DNA of 64,000 nucleotides, taken from contig BQFW01000005.1 of assembly GCA_020891255.1 (NCBI GenBank), forward strand, positions 1,674,001-1,738,000, written 5' to 3'. Positions 33,415 to 46,320 of the stretch are shown piece by piece. The notes beneath the pieces are model-generated. The model was not told the origin of the DNA. It did no database searches and saw only the letters and a program-made list of their open reading frames with translations. Position 1 is the stretch's first letter; each line of letters starts with the position of its first letter. The translations under genes and the position numbers were made by a program. This DNA comes from Entomortierella parvispora E1425. Its lineage: Eukaryota > Fungi > Mortierellomycota.

Positions 33415-36400
33415 ATGGACTCTTACGCGCATCAAGGTCAAAGCCAGGCTCAAGGTGGCCAAGGTCGCGACCCTGCCGAGCAACAGCAACAGCAACAGAG
33501 GTATCGCCACGTCTCTGCCCCCATGCAGCAACACCAACTAAACCAGAACCCCTCCAGCTTCCAGGAGTCGATGCGTCAAGATTCGTTATCTAGCTCAGGA
33601 CATGGCATGGGCATTGGAATTGGCATGGGCGGACCCAGCAACATGGCCTCACACAACAGCGGCAATGGGTCTGCGGGGATCCATCCTTCACACGGGTCCA
33701 TGCAAGGCAGCGGCGGCCATGTCGGTATTACGATCGAGGACAATGGCCATCATTACGACCACAGCAACACTGCCAGCTACCATGGGCAGCATTCTCTCGG
33801 CCAACAAGAAGAGGCCTCTGGCCCAAGCAGGCGCGCCGACCATGTCATTGTCCCGACCACAGACCACGCTTTCCATCCGCCGCCAGGCTCATCGCCCCAG
33901 CATGTCGCCTCCTTCACGGTCCCGCTGCCACCACCCCCGGGGCAACACCATCAGTACTCGCCTGCCCAGAGGGGCCCCTTTGCAGCGATGCAACCGACGA
34001 ACCCCCTTGGGCTCACCCGTGTCGACGACAAGCCTGGGGTCGCAGATCATGCGAGACTGGACCCTTCCTCACCCGCGCTCGCGTCCAAGACGACGCTCGC
34101 CATCCCGACTTCCTTCTCCCCGGGCGTGCCTCTCCACGCTTCCTCCCCGCCAGGACCTCCTGTCGCGTCCTTCATGCCTGGTCTTCCTTCTGGATCTGCC
34201 ATCGCCACTGGTGCACCGGCCTCTGTCTCGCCCAACATCCCAGGCTCGTTTTCCCCAGCGAGATATACCAACATGGCTGCAACACTGAGTGGAATCGCGC
34301 CCTCCTCCTCGTCTCCCTCTCGATCTCCAGTCTCTCCAGTAGTGCTGCAAAAGAGTTCGAGTCTTCGGAGCACAGGCAACCGTACACGTCAACTGTCTGC
34401 TCCGCGGAATGACGTACCGGGCAGCGGAATACGGGAGTCCGGCGGTGGCGCAGAGAACGATCCGGGTCGCCAGGCGATGAATTTGACACCAACAGGAACT
34501 GGATTTGGATCACCTGCAGGATATGGGCCTTTAAATACCGCAACGCATCATCAGTCCCCTGCAATGTCGTCTGGGATGCAATCGGCACAAATAGGCGCTA
34601 GTGCATCGCAGCATCCTCCTCAACAACTTTCAGATACAAAGTCACCGTCCTCCAATTCGAAGAGCCGTAGCAATTATTCGGGAATGTTTCAGCAAGGGTA
34701 CTCGCAATACCAAGGTCAGCTGCCTGGCGCAACCCTTTCTCGCCATCTATCGATCCAGCTCACGCCCAACAACATGCTCCTGCCCCCGCCCCCGCCAGCA
34801 TTGCAGGCTGGGCCACCATCGGCCATGCACTCTTCAATCTCGATGGAGGGCGTTCAGGAAACAGGTTCTCAGCAGCACAGGGACTTTGGAGTCGCACAGC
34901 AAGGATCGTCAGGTCAACGCTCATTACTACAGCAGCACCAGCAACAGCAACAGGCTCCTCCTCAGATCTATCAGCAGCATCAACAACAACCGGGAAACTC
35001 TTCTCAGGGAGTCACTGTGCCCCCTCCTACCATCAAGTACATGCGCTCACCAATGGTGCCCCAGCTATCCTCGCAAGCCATGGCGCATGCTCAGGCTCAG
35101 TCACAATCGCAGTACAGGCAGCAGCATTCATCATATCAGTTCTCGCCTCCCACTGCCCAGTCCAACCATCAATTTCCTCCAAGAACGCACAGGCGAAGTA
35201 TTCAACCTCTCACTCTGGATCAACAGCAACCCAAGGGTGGCTCCTTCCGTTATGTCAGGAATCAGGCCGATCTATGGCCTCAGAAAGGCTCCCAGAAGTA
35301 TCGCTCTATCGATGCTTACGGACATAGTGTCAGCGTATGTGTTTCAACAGAGGATGGGTTGAGTGCACTCTAACCATCATTGACATTTTTTTGCTAATAT
35401 CTCGTGACAATTTTTGTATGTAGCCCCTTCGTGCTCTTACGGAACTCTTGACAAGGACATACTCCCACTGCAACCGGGAATTTAAGTATGAGCCCTCATA
35501 CAATCCCCGTAGAGTGCTAACCAAGCCTTCAAAACCAATGCACAACGAAGGCTATGATAACGAGGACTATGACTACATTCTCTATGTCAGTGATATTCTG
35601 GGCAGCGAGGAACGTCAGAGGTGAGTGTACCTGGATAATTTCGGGATATTGTTCATTAAGGAAATAGGGGCAGCGCTGACCATTTGTTTTGCATTAGATA
35701 TCTCATCTTGGACGTACTGGGACAGGGCACTTTTGGACAGGTCGTCAAATGCCAAAATTTGAAAACCAATGCCATCGTTGCTGTCAAGGTTATCAAGAAC
35801 AAGCCTGCATATTTCAACCAAAGCATGATGGAAGTGACGGTTCTCGAGCTTTTGAATGAGCGTTATGACGTGGACGACAGGCACCACATTTTGAGACTTC
35901 AGGACACGTTTATTCATCGGCGTCATTTGTGCTTGGTTTTTGAGCTGCTCTCTGTCAACTTGTACGAGCTGATCAAGCAGAACCAGTTCAGAGGTTTGAG
36001 TATGAGTTTGGTCCGCGTGTTTTCAGCGCAGCTGCTTGATGCCTTGTGTGTGTTAAATGAGGCCCGCATTATTCACTGCGATCTCAAACCTGAGAACGTC
36101 TTGCTGAAAAAGTGAGTCCTATTTTTTCTCTCCTTTCTGTGTTCCTGAATAACTTGCTGAACTCTAACATTCTGTCAATTGTCTCTAGTCTTGAAACGCC
36201 TACCATCAAGGTCATTGATTTTGGATCTGCCTGTCATGAACAGCAGACTGTATATACCTACATTCAGTCTCGATTCTATCGAAGCCCTGAAGTTTTGGTC
36301 GGACTACCGTACGTAGCGAATGGACTGAATATGAAAATAGCTTTGGATAGGATGTCATCCAAAAGATACGGAATACTAACTAGAAAGATCTCGCGTTGGT

Positions 36401-39382
36401 CTATTTTCAACCATAGGTATTCGTCCTCTATTGACATTTGGTCCGTAGGATGTATTGCTGCCGAGCTATTCTTGGGACTACCACTCTTCCCCGGAAGTTC
36501 CGAGTACAACCAACTGTCGCGTATTGTGGAGATGCTGGGGTAAGACTGATACGAAATGGCTCTGCTCTATTGTTTTTACGAAAAGGTTCAATACTGACGT
36601 CTTTGACCCAACTGCTGTAATAGAATGCCTCCTTCTTACATGCTCGAAATTGGCAAAACAGCGCACGAGTTTTTTGAAGTGAGTCATGGTTTTGGATCTT
36701 CTGCCCCCAAAAAGTTCCGTCTCAAGTCTATGGAAACATACTCGAGGGAACATGGAGTGGTAGAACAACCGAGTAAACGGTACTTCCAAGCAACAACGCT
36801 ACCGGATATCATCAATAGCTACCCATTCAGTAAGAAGGGTATGACTCAGAAGGAAATTGAAAAGGGTAAGTCGTGTGCATGTGTCACAGTGTGGAACGTC
36901 GTCCCCAAGATATTTAGACAACTTCCACGTATTAATTCGAGAATTTTTATTACTGCTAGAAACAACAAACCGTCGTTCGTTTATCAACTTCCTCCAAGGA
37001 CTTTTGAATTTGAATCCCATCGAAAGATGGTCCCCTCACCAGGCCAAGCTGCACCCATTTATCACAGGCGAACCGTTCAACGGCAGCTTTGTCCCACCCA
37101 TGATACCCAAGAAGCCCACAACAATCGAAAACTCTGCCCGTCTAGAGCCCACTCTTCCAGGACGGACTACAAAGGCGCGCCCTTCATCGATGATGTCTTC
37201 TTCATCTGCCTCCAACCTTTTAGGAAAGACTATGAACGCTGCAACATCCCAGGCCTTCAATCCGTCGAAGGATGTACCTGCTCAGGCTTCCCACTCTTCA
37301 GGAAAGATCAAAGCGTCGACAGAACTTCCAAAAGCGTCGACATCATCGTTCGCTGCTCTCGGCGAATCCATGGTGACATCAAGCGACAGCTCCTTGGGAT
37401 CGTCTGCAACTGATGCCTCATCCTTGAATGGAACGCCGATCGTACTGACACCCCCCACTGGCTCGAACAATACAGCGACCGCTTATGTTCCGACAGGCGA
37501 GCCTGCTGCACGTGCATCTGGTGCTGGATTATCCGCAGATGCAGAGTCGATCAGCTCATCGGGATTTCAGACCAGCAACACATTGCCTCTCTCGTCTCAT
37601 TCCCACCAACGCCCTAGAGCGACAACAATGGGAACTGTCGGCGTCCCCAAGAACATGGCCCAATTAGCGGCTGTCATGACCCCACACCAACAGGGTGGTC
37701 CCTCGTCTGGAGGCGCCAGTGGTTCCTCTGGATATCATCGAATTGGACTGAACGACTCCCTACCCTTGTCGCGATTGGAGGATTCGGGAGCTCTTGAGGC
37801 CGAGGGCCACAGAGGTTCTAAATCTGGAAGCATGGACTTGGCTTTTGGTCTCGGTCAGATACCCGAGAGATCAGAGCAAAACTCACCTGTGCATGACGGA
37901 GCGCAGACCGGAACAGTGTCGCTGCCACCAAATAAACAGGAGCAACAGAGGTTGCAACAACCCCGGCACTACCTACTGCGAAGCGGCAGTGACAGCACTG
38001 GCCGAGGTCATCTTCGATCTCAAGGACGACTTTCGAAGGACAGTGTCCAGCCAGAGGCATCTGCTAAGCCTGTAAAACGAGAAGCCGACGACCTGACACC
38101 ACTGCAGCGAATGCAGCAACAGCTTCAGATGGGACAAGGTGGTCGGTCCCTGCAGCAACAGCAGCAGCAGAGTCAGAGGTACCATTTCGGCTATCCACAA
38201 TCCATGGGCGAAGGCAGCCACAGCGGTACGGCAACGAGCGGCAGTGTCGGCAGCAGCGCCCCTGGAAGCGGCTCCAATAGTAACAGCAGCAGCCAACTCG
38301 AGCTTCCTTCCGCTGAACAGGAATTTACAGCATCCGAGGTACCCGGGGCTTTAGGAAGCTTTGGGAACCGCAGAATGTTTCAAAGAATGGACTTGACCAG
38401 GAGCGATAGTTCTGGGAGCGGGAGCAGGTCCAGCGGGAGCGTTGCCATGGATACATTCGACGAGGACGAGGAAGAGGATGCGGGTATGCTCAGGGGTCGA
38501 TTCACGTTTGACCAGGACGCCAGTGAAGATGAGGACGAGGATGAGGACGACGGAGTCCACGTCAACCCTGTGCTTGCCGTCGTCGACCATAGTGCGGAAG
38601 GTGAGGAGAGTCAGAGCAGCGATAGCCAATCAGGGATCCTGAGTGCCAGTGGTACTAGCAGCAGCTTGGATAGTCGGAGCTACAGTAGCAGTGTTGCCGC
38701 CAACGACCCAAGGGACGAAGACGCGCTGCTGATGCATGACGACCAGTCAGTGTCTTCATCCTCATCTGGAATGGACGAGGAAGATGCACCCTCATCAGCT
38801 GCTGCTGCACCGGCCCTGTCCATGTCCTCCTTCGTGCTTGAAGAGGACGATGAGGCAGCACCGTCGTTGCCCTCCCCTCCTCTTCCATCCCTGGAGGCGG
38901 AATCAGCAAAATCCTTGGAAATACCGTCGCCGCCCTTGGAAACTATTCAGGAACAAGGCGAGCCCAAAGAAGACGAAGACCTCCAAATATCTGTCCCCAC
39001 AGAAACCACTTTGTTGACTCCCCAGACAGAAGCAGGAACGGCTGTGGGCAGTGTCCAGGTCCTGCCCAAAGTAGAAGAAGCAGATGATGAGTGGCCAGAG
39101 CAGAGCGCCCCTCTGACTACTACGGAAACGCCGCTTCATGACGCCATGATCGAAGCGCCTGGTCAGGAATCTGTCAAGGAGAGCGAGGAGGGTGGTGGCT
39201 CTGCAGATGCAGATGCTCAAGGCAGAGTCACCACGGACAAAGACACATCAGGACAAGGATCTCTGTCAGAAGTACAGCCATTCTCACCCGCGGACGCGTC
39301 ATCTCTGCCAATCATCTCTGACGGTGCCGTCCTTTCTGCCATAGCGCCGACTGAAGCGGCTGTGAAGAAAGGAGATTCATAG
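33415..39382 (+). CDS. YAK1: DYRK-family protein kinase Yak1 (multi-exon, long low-complexity N- and C-termini)
   Basis: [52 protein letters not shown]…[21 protein letters not shown], and [19 protein letters not shown]. Confidence 0.93.
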
Positions 39383-39689
39383 TCTCTCTATCCCTTCGTG
39401 TACTTCTTGTCTTCTCGCCGGCCTAACAAGTTCCGAGTTTTCATTTTCGATATTAAATTAACTTGACAAGTTATGGACTTTTTTTTCTTGGTTCCCAGAC
39501 ATGGCATCGATGCCGAGCCCCTTGGTCGAATAATAAAAATGGAAGTCATGTCTCTTGTCTCTGTCAAAAAGTCCAAAACGCGCGCGAGATGCACGTGCGC
39601 CTCGCGGCCATCCCTTGGTACCACTCCCCCTCAACACTGCTGTACTTTCTCCCTCCTCATCTACCTTGTCCGTAGATGCCTCGCAGAAC

Positions 39690-40195
39690 TATGACTGACA
39701 ATCAACTGGCTGTTTCGTTCATGGTGATTCATTGCCCGTCTCTGGCTTCATGACCAGTCATCAACTGACTCTCTGTTCTGTCTTGTTGCCGAGGAATCAT
39801 CCCCCTTTTCTGTCAAGGCATCTCCTCATGATACTATCGATGACCTCAAAAACCTCATCAAGTTGAAGAAGACACCACGCTTTGATGGATTTGCTGCCGA
39901 TGAGCTCACTCTGTGGCAAGTGACCATTCCCATCGACGATAACCGTTTTCCTGGGATGCGTTTTCCTGCTTCATTGGACCCTGAAAAAAAAACACCCGGG
40001 CTCTCAAGCGCTTCTAGTCTTGGAAAAAAGCGGCTGAAGGTGACGAATAAGCTCTCAACGCTTTTTGTAAAGAACGCTTCCGAATATTCATGCGGGCAAC
40101 ATCCTCAATGTCACTATATAGTCTCGGCATCTTCAAGGTCTCACCAGAAGCTTCCGAGGCCATTTTCAGGCAAATCCCAGTTGCGTTTCAGTTGA
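39690..40195 (+). pseudogene. Crinkler (CRN) N-terminal ubiquitin-like domain relic
   Basis: FCLVAEESSPFSVKASPHDTIDDLKNLIKLKKTPRFDGFAADELTLWQVTIP is out of frame with the upstream ATG. Close paralog of 43729. Confidence 0.7.
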
Positions 40196-40399
40196 CTACC
40201 TTTGTGAGTTGAGGAGGATTTGCAAGGCAGGCGTTGTTCCAGTGACCATGCAGTCTTTGCTTGTGTGAGATTTTCGGATCAAACGTTTTGAAGTAATTTA
40301 CAGCGGGCTAAAGTCAAGGCGCGGTCTGGACGAAATAGAAAGGATTTTCCACAGCTGCGAACAGGAAAGGATGCTCAGGCTTGGCGCCTTTGACCTTTT

Positions 40400-42259
40400 T
40401 CGTGGATCTCACTTCTGTTTTTTTGTGTGGATTTCATCGCTGGCGTGATCCAGGCCAAACCTAGTTTCAATTCACTCAACTGCCTTGATCTCTTTCAAAA
40501 CAGGAGACACTGCTACAGCTTCGTGAAACAATGCTGGATATGTTATTCCGTCAACATTCTGACACACGGTTGCAGCCCTCTCGCCATTAAGAGGGATTCG
40601 TGGCCATACATGAGACACAATGAATGTATCTCTGTAGTGATAGCAGCCTTCCCGGTGCAGGAGTCGACCCTCCCTAGGAGGGGACCACTTGCCCGAGCTG
40701 ACAGAGCACTCCAGGGCAAATAGAAAAACACTCCAGAATGTGCAACAAACAAAAACATGAAGTTATTCATTTATAATACATTCATAACCTTAAATAAAGG
40801 CGTTACAAGCAAGTACTCACTAGTTATAAACTACGCTTTCCAAATAAGCAACAATAGGGTCGCTGTGGTCTTCTTTTCGCAGTGCAGCAACGACGCTCCT
40901 GTATGAATCCGACGGATCAGGATCAGACGGAAAACGGAGGCGAGCAAGGATGGGGATAAGTGTCGGCCACTGCTCCTCCACATTTGGATCCGATGCAGGG
41001 CATGCATTTGCTAACTTGCGAAGATCTCGGGACATTTCCTTCGTAAAATCCGAACCAGTAGTGATATCCGCAACATCGTCCAGTGCCAACGAGAACTGAG
41101 ACTGGGGTTTGGTTTTAAATGCGTCGAACCTCGCCAAGAAGTCCAGATCACCACATTTCCATTCAACCTTTTGATTCAGTCGCTTCAGGGCGGCCACTTC
41201 ATAGAGGAATAAAAGAATCAATTTCACAGTTAGCCTCAATCTGTTATTTAGTTCACGCTGTCACTCCTCACATCCATGCACAACCAGGCCGAAGCTCTTG
41301 TCAAAAAATCAGATGTTTGCATATATTCCCTCGCGTGACAGACTCCATGTTCAAAAATACCACGACAAAAATGATCTCATACTTACAATACTCTTCTTGG
41401 CGTTGTGGAGATGTCAAGGCTATTGGTACGCAGCATTGAATGCACGTCAATAAATCTGTGGGGTATACGCTTTTACATCGCATCAACACAGCTTACCTTC
41501 TGGCTTCTCTGGTGAGGACTTTTCCGACGGCATCTTTTCCGGCACCTTCTCTGGTGTCTTGGGTGCTGGCCTCTTCAGCGAGAGAGGCTTATTAGCAGAC
41601 CGCGTCCCAAATGAGGAGGGCTGATCTTCTGCATCCTCGCCAGAAACTTTCTGCCTCTTACCACCTGTTGAAAAAAAAAAAAAAAAAAAAAAAAAAAAGA
41701 AGTTAAAAAGAGACGTTGATTAACTCATAATGATTAAAACGGTCTTACCCACGCTTGGATAGGCCGTACAATTCATTGACCCGAGGCCATCTTTGGAAGA
41801 TGCGGAGGCTTCCGCTACAAGTAATGTAGAATTAGTTTGCAATGTAATTAAAGTATTAAACATTCCTAACAAGGTGAATCCATTTTACTCACCCTGGCGT
41901 TTTTCCAAACGCGTTGTCAACTGTTGATCTGTCACATGAAGTTGTATTTTTGAAGATTCAAGCGCATCCTGTTCCCGGCCGACTGTAACTCGAACACGGT
42001 AATATTCGTCGATGTCATCTTGGGTGAGTGCTGATGCGGCAACAGCGGTCCTCCGCGCGACTTCATGAGAACTCTGTTTGAGGTCTGACATCCATCGAGC
42101 CCACTCATGGATCAGAACTGCGGATTGATCACGTGGCAAGGCGCGGTGATGAATGTAATCGCCAGGTTTGAAGCTCAGGTCCCCTCCTTGTGAGAGAAAA
42201 TAACCTGCTCCCTTCCGCCGTTCATTAATGCCGTCGTTCCAGCCTCCTGAGGTAGCCAT
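40400..42259 (-). pseudogene. Second REase-like family member, degenerate at the 3' end
   Basis: VADITTGSDF…NVEEQWPTL…EDHSDPIVAYLESVVYN aligns with IADLTHGSSF…NINEKWPTL…EDMKDPIAKYMFSVVMA at 11101-11454. Downstream frames are broken. Confidence 0.55.
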
Positions 42260-42907
42260 TTCCGCTCAGATCTAGAAAATACAGTCAAAAAGGTGTTTTA
42301 GGCAAATTACAATGCATCCTCAAAGCGCCCAGACTATTTAAAACAACACATAGACATGTTGAGTTCTCTCTTGGCCAGTCGCAGTCAGTGGCTGCCAAGC
42401 AGGAGGCTCTGATGAAGAGCATGCCGCAGGGCCGGCAAAGACCACGAAAAACTAACCCAAACAATGCAGATCTGAGGCCCTTCGTCTGGTTGTAAACCAA
42501 AGGAAGCCAGAAGACAAGGGAGGGCAGGCAGGATGAGAACAAATCTCCCTCTTTGCCAGTCGCGACTGTGATGTGCAAATGAACGCATGGACAGGATCAG
42601 TGGCTGCCAAGTAGGAGGCTCTGATGAAGAGCATGCCACAGGGCCGGCAAAGACCGCGAAAACTAACCCAAACAATGCAGATCTGAGGCCCTTCGTCTGG
42701 TTGTAAACCAAAGGAAGCCAGAAGACAAGGGAGGGCAGGCAGGAATGAGGGGGAGGGAGAGAACCAAACGATATCAGTTACCTGTTGCGAGTGCCCGGCT
42801 AATGTAGTCTCGAAGGAAGTAAACGAACAGAAAGGAAGTGCCGTAGAGCTGTGGCCAATGACAAGATTATGAGTTGGGCGGTGCTTTGTGAATGCAATGA
42901 TAAAGGG
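42204..42907. repeat. Direct repeat, copy 1 (pairs with 44587-45031); contains an internal ~150-bp duplication with 212-bp period
   Basis: Colinear from CCTGCTCCCTTCCGCCG to …GCAATGAT(T)AAAGGG. Internal CAGTGGCTGCCAAG at 42386 and 42598. Confidence 0.9.
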
Positions 42908-43728
42908 TGATTGTGATTCAAGTATGTTGAAAGGAGCGAGGAAGGAAGGTGCAGTAGTTGCTTGGTCTTGGCAGGCATGGTCTCTTTATTTCCCTGCAGA
43001 GTAGGAATTAACGGCATCAGCATCCCCCATAGTCTACTATCAGCGTGTCCAGTATCTACTCATCTCTCCCCAAGGTCCTCCCTGCTTCCCCCTCTCTCTA
43101 CTCAGATGTATCTGATAAGTCATCGCGTGTCCTGCTCTTCTTACTCCAACTTGGCCTGACCTTCTCTCCCTCGTGGTTGATCCACTGGTTTTGGTTGTTC
43201 TCGTCATCTTTTTTCTTCTGGTTACAATCTCTTTACCAGCTGGTTTTCAGAAGGAAGGAGATACTTCGAGTCGTCTTCCGTTGGAACGTCGCTGTCCTCA
43301 AGTTCTCTCTTACCCTCGCCATTACCAGACTCGCCCTCAAATTTCTCTCTATCACCTTCAGCAACCTTGAAGACCACTACTCAGAACTCCTCCACTACTA
43401 CAGTCACTACATCCTTGTCCGCCTCCACAATCTCTTTGACCACGAGTGACCTAGTCAGTACCGCCATCTCAGCTTCATCAACAACAACCACCGCTGTTCC
43501 CTCTTACCCAGAGTCTATGTCCGAGTCTCAGTCTACTACTACGATCCCCTTCTCAACTATTTCCACTACAACCGCCCCTTTCTTGACCTTCACGGCAACA
43601 ACACTTCTATCACCCTTCAAACCCCTGACTCTCTCTTCACGCTATCCCCCACGATGAGTGAAGACATCACAGCTGATACCAGCCAGCAACCTGAGTTGCC
43701 CCCTCATCATCTGATTCTTCGCTAGTCT

Positions 43729-44438
43729 ATGACCGAGAACCTCCTGACCCTGTTCTGTCTCATCGATGGCGAGGCGTCCCCCTTCTCTGTCAAGGCGTCT
43801 CCTCATGACACGGTCGATGATCTCAAGAACTTGATCAAGACCAAGAAGACGCCCCGCTTGGATGCACTCGCCGCTGATGAGCTCACTTTATGGCGCGTTT
43901 CCCTTCCCATCGACGATGCTGGGATCCCAGCTCCACTTGGCTCTGACTTTAAGAAGAAGAGACTCAAGGTCAGCATCAAGCTCTCTAGCGTTTTCACCAC
44001 AGAATTGAGCGAGGACACGATTCACGTTCTTGTTCAGCGTCCTTCGCCTGGTAAATATGACCGCCTTCTTTTGACTTTACTTGTATACTGTTCGACCGTC
44101 CAAGGTTTCTAATCTCATTGAACCTTCTAAACAAACTAGACAAAGACCAGAGCCCCGTCACCTCTGGAAAAGTATACGTCGTCCACTCGTATAAAGACTA
44201 CCGGAAAGAAGTCTTTTGCGAGATCCTTGATGTATACGGCGACTACGAAGATGCCGTCGCGTTTGCAGAGACCATCTGCGTTCCGGAAGGGAGCCATGAA
44301 GATACCAAGCATGAATATGTGTACTCCAAAGGCTGTTTGTTTGACAGGAGACTGGCAGGTTGGGGTGATGAACGTGTTGCGATTAGTGAGGCTTGTCATT
44401 ACACACGCCAGTACCTGCAGGCCATGCCGACCGAGTAA
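43729..44438 (+). CDS. Crinkler-type ubiquitin-like N-terminal domain joined to a small unknown C-terminal domain (intron ~44051-44139)
   Basis: MTENLLTLFCLIDGEASPFSVK…ADELTLWRVSLP…TIHVLVQRPSP is the canonical CRN N-terminus; in-phase splice into DKDQSPVTSGKVYVVHSY…QAMPTE. Confidence 0.75.
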
Positions 44439-44586
44439 ACTGGAGTCCAGTTCAGAATGTTGCACACATCACGCCTGAGGACTTCGTTCTTCGTAGATTC
44501 GACAATACGGCTTTAGTGCCCACGTCTTGCGAGGCAAGAAGTGATGTTTATTCGATTGACGTCAGTTGTTATAATAGTGAAATGAG

Positions 44587-45031
44587 CCTGCTCCCTTCCG
44601 CCGATCATTAATGCCATCGTTCCAGCTTCCTGAGGTAGCCATTTCCGCTCAGATCTAGGAAATACAGTCAAAAAGGTGTTTTAGGCAAATTACAATGCAT
44701 CCTCAAAGCGCCCAGACTATTTAAAACAACACATAGACATGTGTTGAGTTCTCTCTTGGCCAGTCGCAGTCAGTGGCTGCCAAGCAGGAGGCTCTGAGCT
44801 CTGATGAAGAGCATGCCACAGGGCCGGCAAAGACCATGAAAACTAACCCAAACAGTGAGGGCAGGCAGGAACGAGGGAGAGGGAGAGAATCAAACGACAT
44901 CAGTTACCTGTTGCGAGTGCCGGCTGCTGTAGTCTCGAAGGAAGTAAACGAACAAAGGAAGTGCCATAGAGCTGCGGCCAATGACAAGATTATGAGCTGG
45001 GCGGTGCTTTGTGAAGGCAATGATTAAAGGG
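44587..45031. repeat. Direct repeat, copy 2 (pairs with 42204-42907)
   Basis: Lacks the internal duplication of copy 1 and abuts the 3' end of the second Fanzor relic. Confidence 0.9.
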
Positions 45032-46320
45032 GGATGTGGAAGTGGTACAATGGGATCCATCTTGGTCATCCTCAAGGGTGTAAGTGTTGGAAACGGCGTT
45101 GAAGCTGATGCTACTGTCGCCTGGTCCTGGAGCTTGGTCCATTAATACGTCGTTTGCTCGCCAAATAACATCTGGCTCGGTCGATAATCCCTCCTCATCG
45201 TTCAGCCGATTGTGGCCCTTGCCGCCGTTACTGCAACTGGCGCCGGCGTCCTCAATTTGCTCGCCCATATTGTGCTTGATATCATCCGACGCCATCCACG
45301 GGTAGCGGCCATGCTCGTTGACGGGCTGCAGGTATAACGGTCGCTGTTGGTGAAGCAAGCACCCCTGCACGGCATTCACCATGTTATAACCCGCCATTTG
45401 AATGGTGTTCCATAACTCTCACAAAAGAGACTTCGGATCGTCTTTTGAGATTCTTGGATGTATAGTGCTCCTCAATTCCGACAACGATGTACCCTAGGGA
45501 CCGCAACTAAAACCATATCGATCATGAAATGCACATTAGATTCTCATTCAAACCTAAGAAGAACTCTAAAGCGTCAGCTACGGAGTAGTGCACTGACCAA
45601 ACGTACAAAAGAACCAAAAGAAGGCAGTGTGAAGTGTTGTGAGCCGAAAACTGAAGCCGAATTTCCCTAGTCCATGGGCAATTATAACCATGTTGTTCTC
45701 GTCTCTCTTGGCACCGATAGATCCTCCTATCAACTTCAACAATCGGTCCGTAATCACTAGAAACTCTTCATGAAGAGCCCGTTTGGCGTCTCATGCGAGG
45801 CTCTGATAGTGTTCGAACCGTTGTAAAATTGGGTCATATGATGCTCTACCCCTTCAAGCTGACGAGGATGTTCCACGATATTTGCATCAGGCCCTCTCAA
45901 GGCGGGGAGACGAAGCTCATTCTGTTGGATCGACTGAGTTGCGCCTGTAGACACTGCTCGCTTCTGGTCTTCAGTCCATCTGCGAAACTTGAATATGGGT
46001 TGATAAATGGCTTTCTGTTTCACATATATACTGTAATAAAAGTCGTAGGATAGGGCGGGTCCGCTAAAGGTGGTGATGTGGTCGTGGTGGCTTTCCTGAC
46101 GGCTGCTTCCCTTTTTAACGATCGCGCTGCGATTGTTCCAACTCTATTATCATGCACACTAGTATTTGCAAGCGGGCAACTATTAAGGCAGATCTGGCGA
46201 TGGTGTATATTCAAGCCCCAGCTGACGAATGTTGTGCACATCACAGTTCGAGGACTCCCTCGCAAAAAAATGACGTAGCTTTGGTACCCTACCTCCTTCA
46301 CGTTATTCCTGGTACTCAAC
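44990..46320 (-). pseudogene. Degenerate Fanzor/TnpB-like C-terminal (RuvC) region
   Basis: Reading across frameshifts and one intron: VKQKAIYQPIFKFRRW, LPALRGPDA, FYNGSN, DAKRALHEEF…LLKLIGGSIGAKRDENNMVIIAHGLGKF, LRSLGYIVVGIEEHYTSK (RuvC-II), MAGYNMVNAVQGCLLHQQRPLYLQP (RuvC-III flank). The Zn finger and the RD of RuvC-III are lost. Confidence 0.65.

Noticed and set aside
41671-41698. Poly-A tract as a retroposon tail
   Set aside because: On the minus strand it is a poly-T tract immediately before a CAACAG acceptor in an intron of the REase-like gene.
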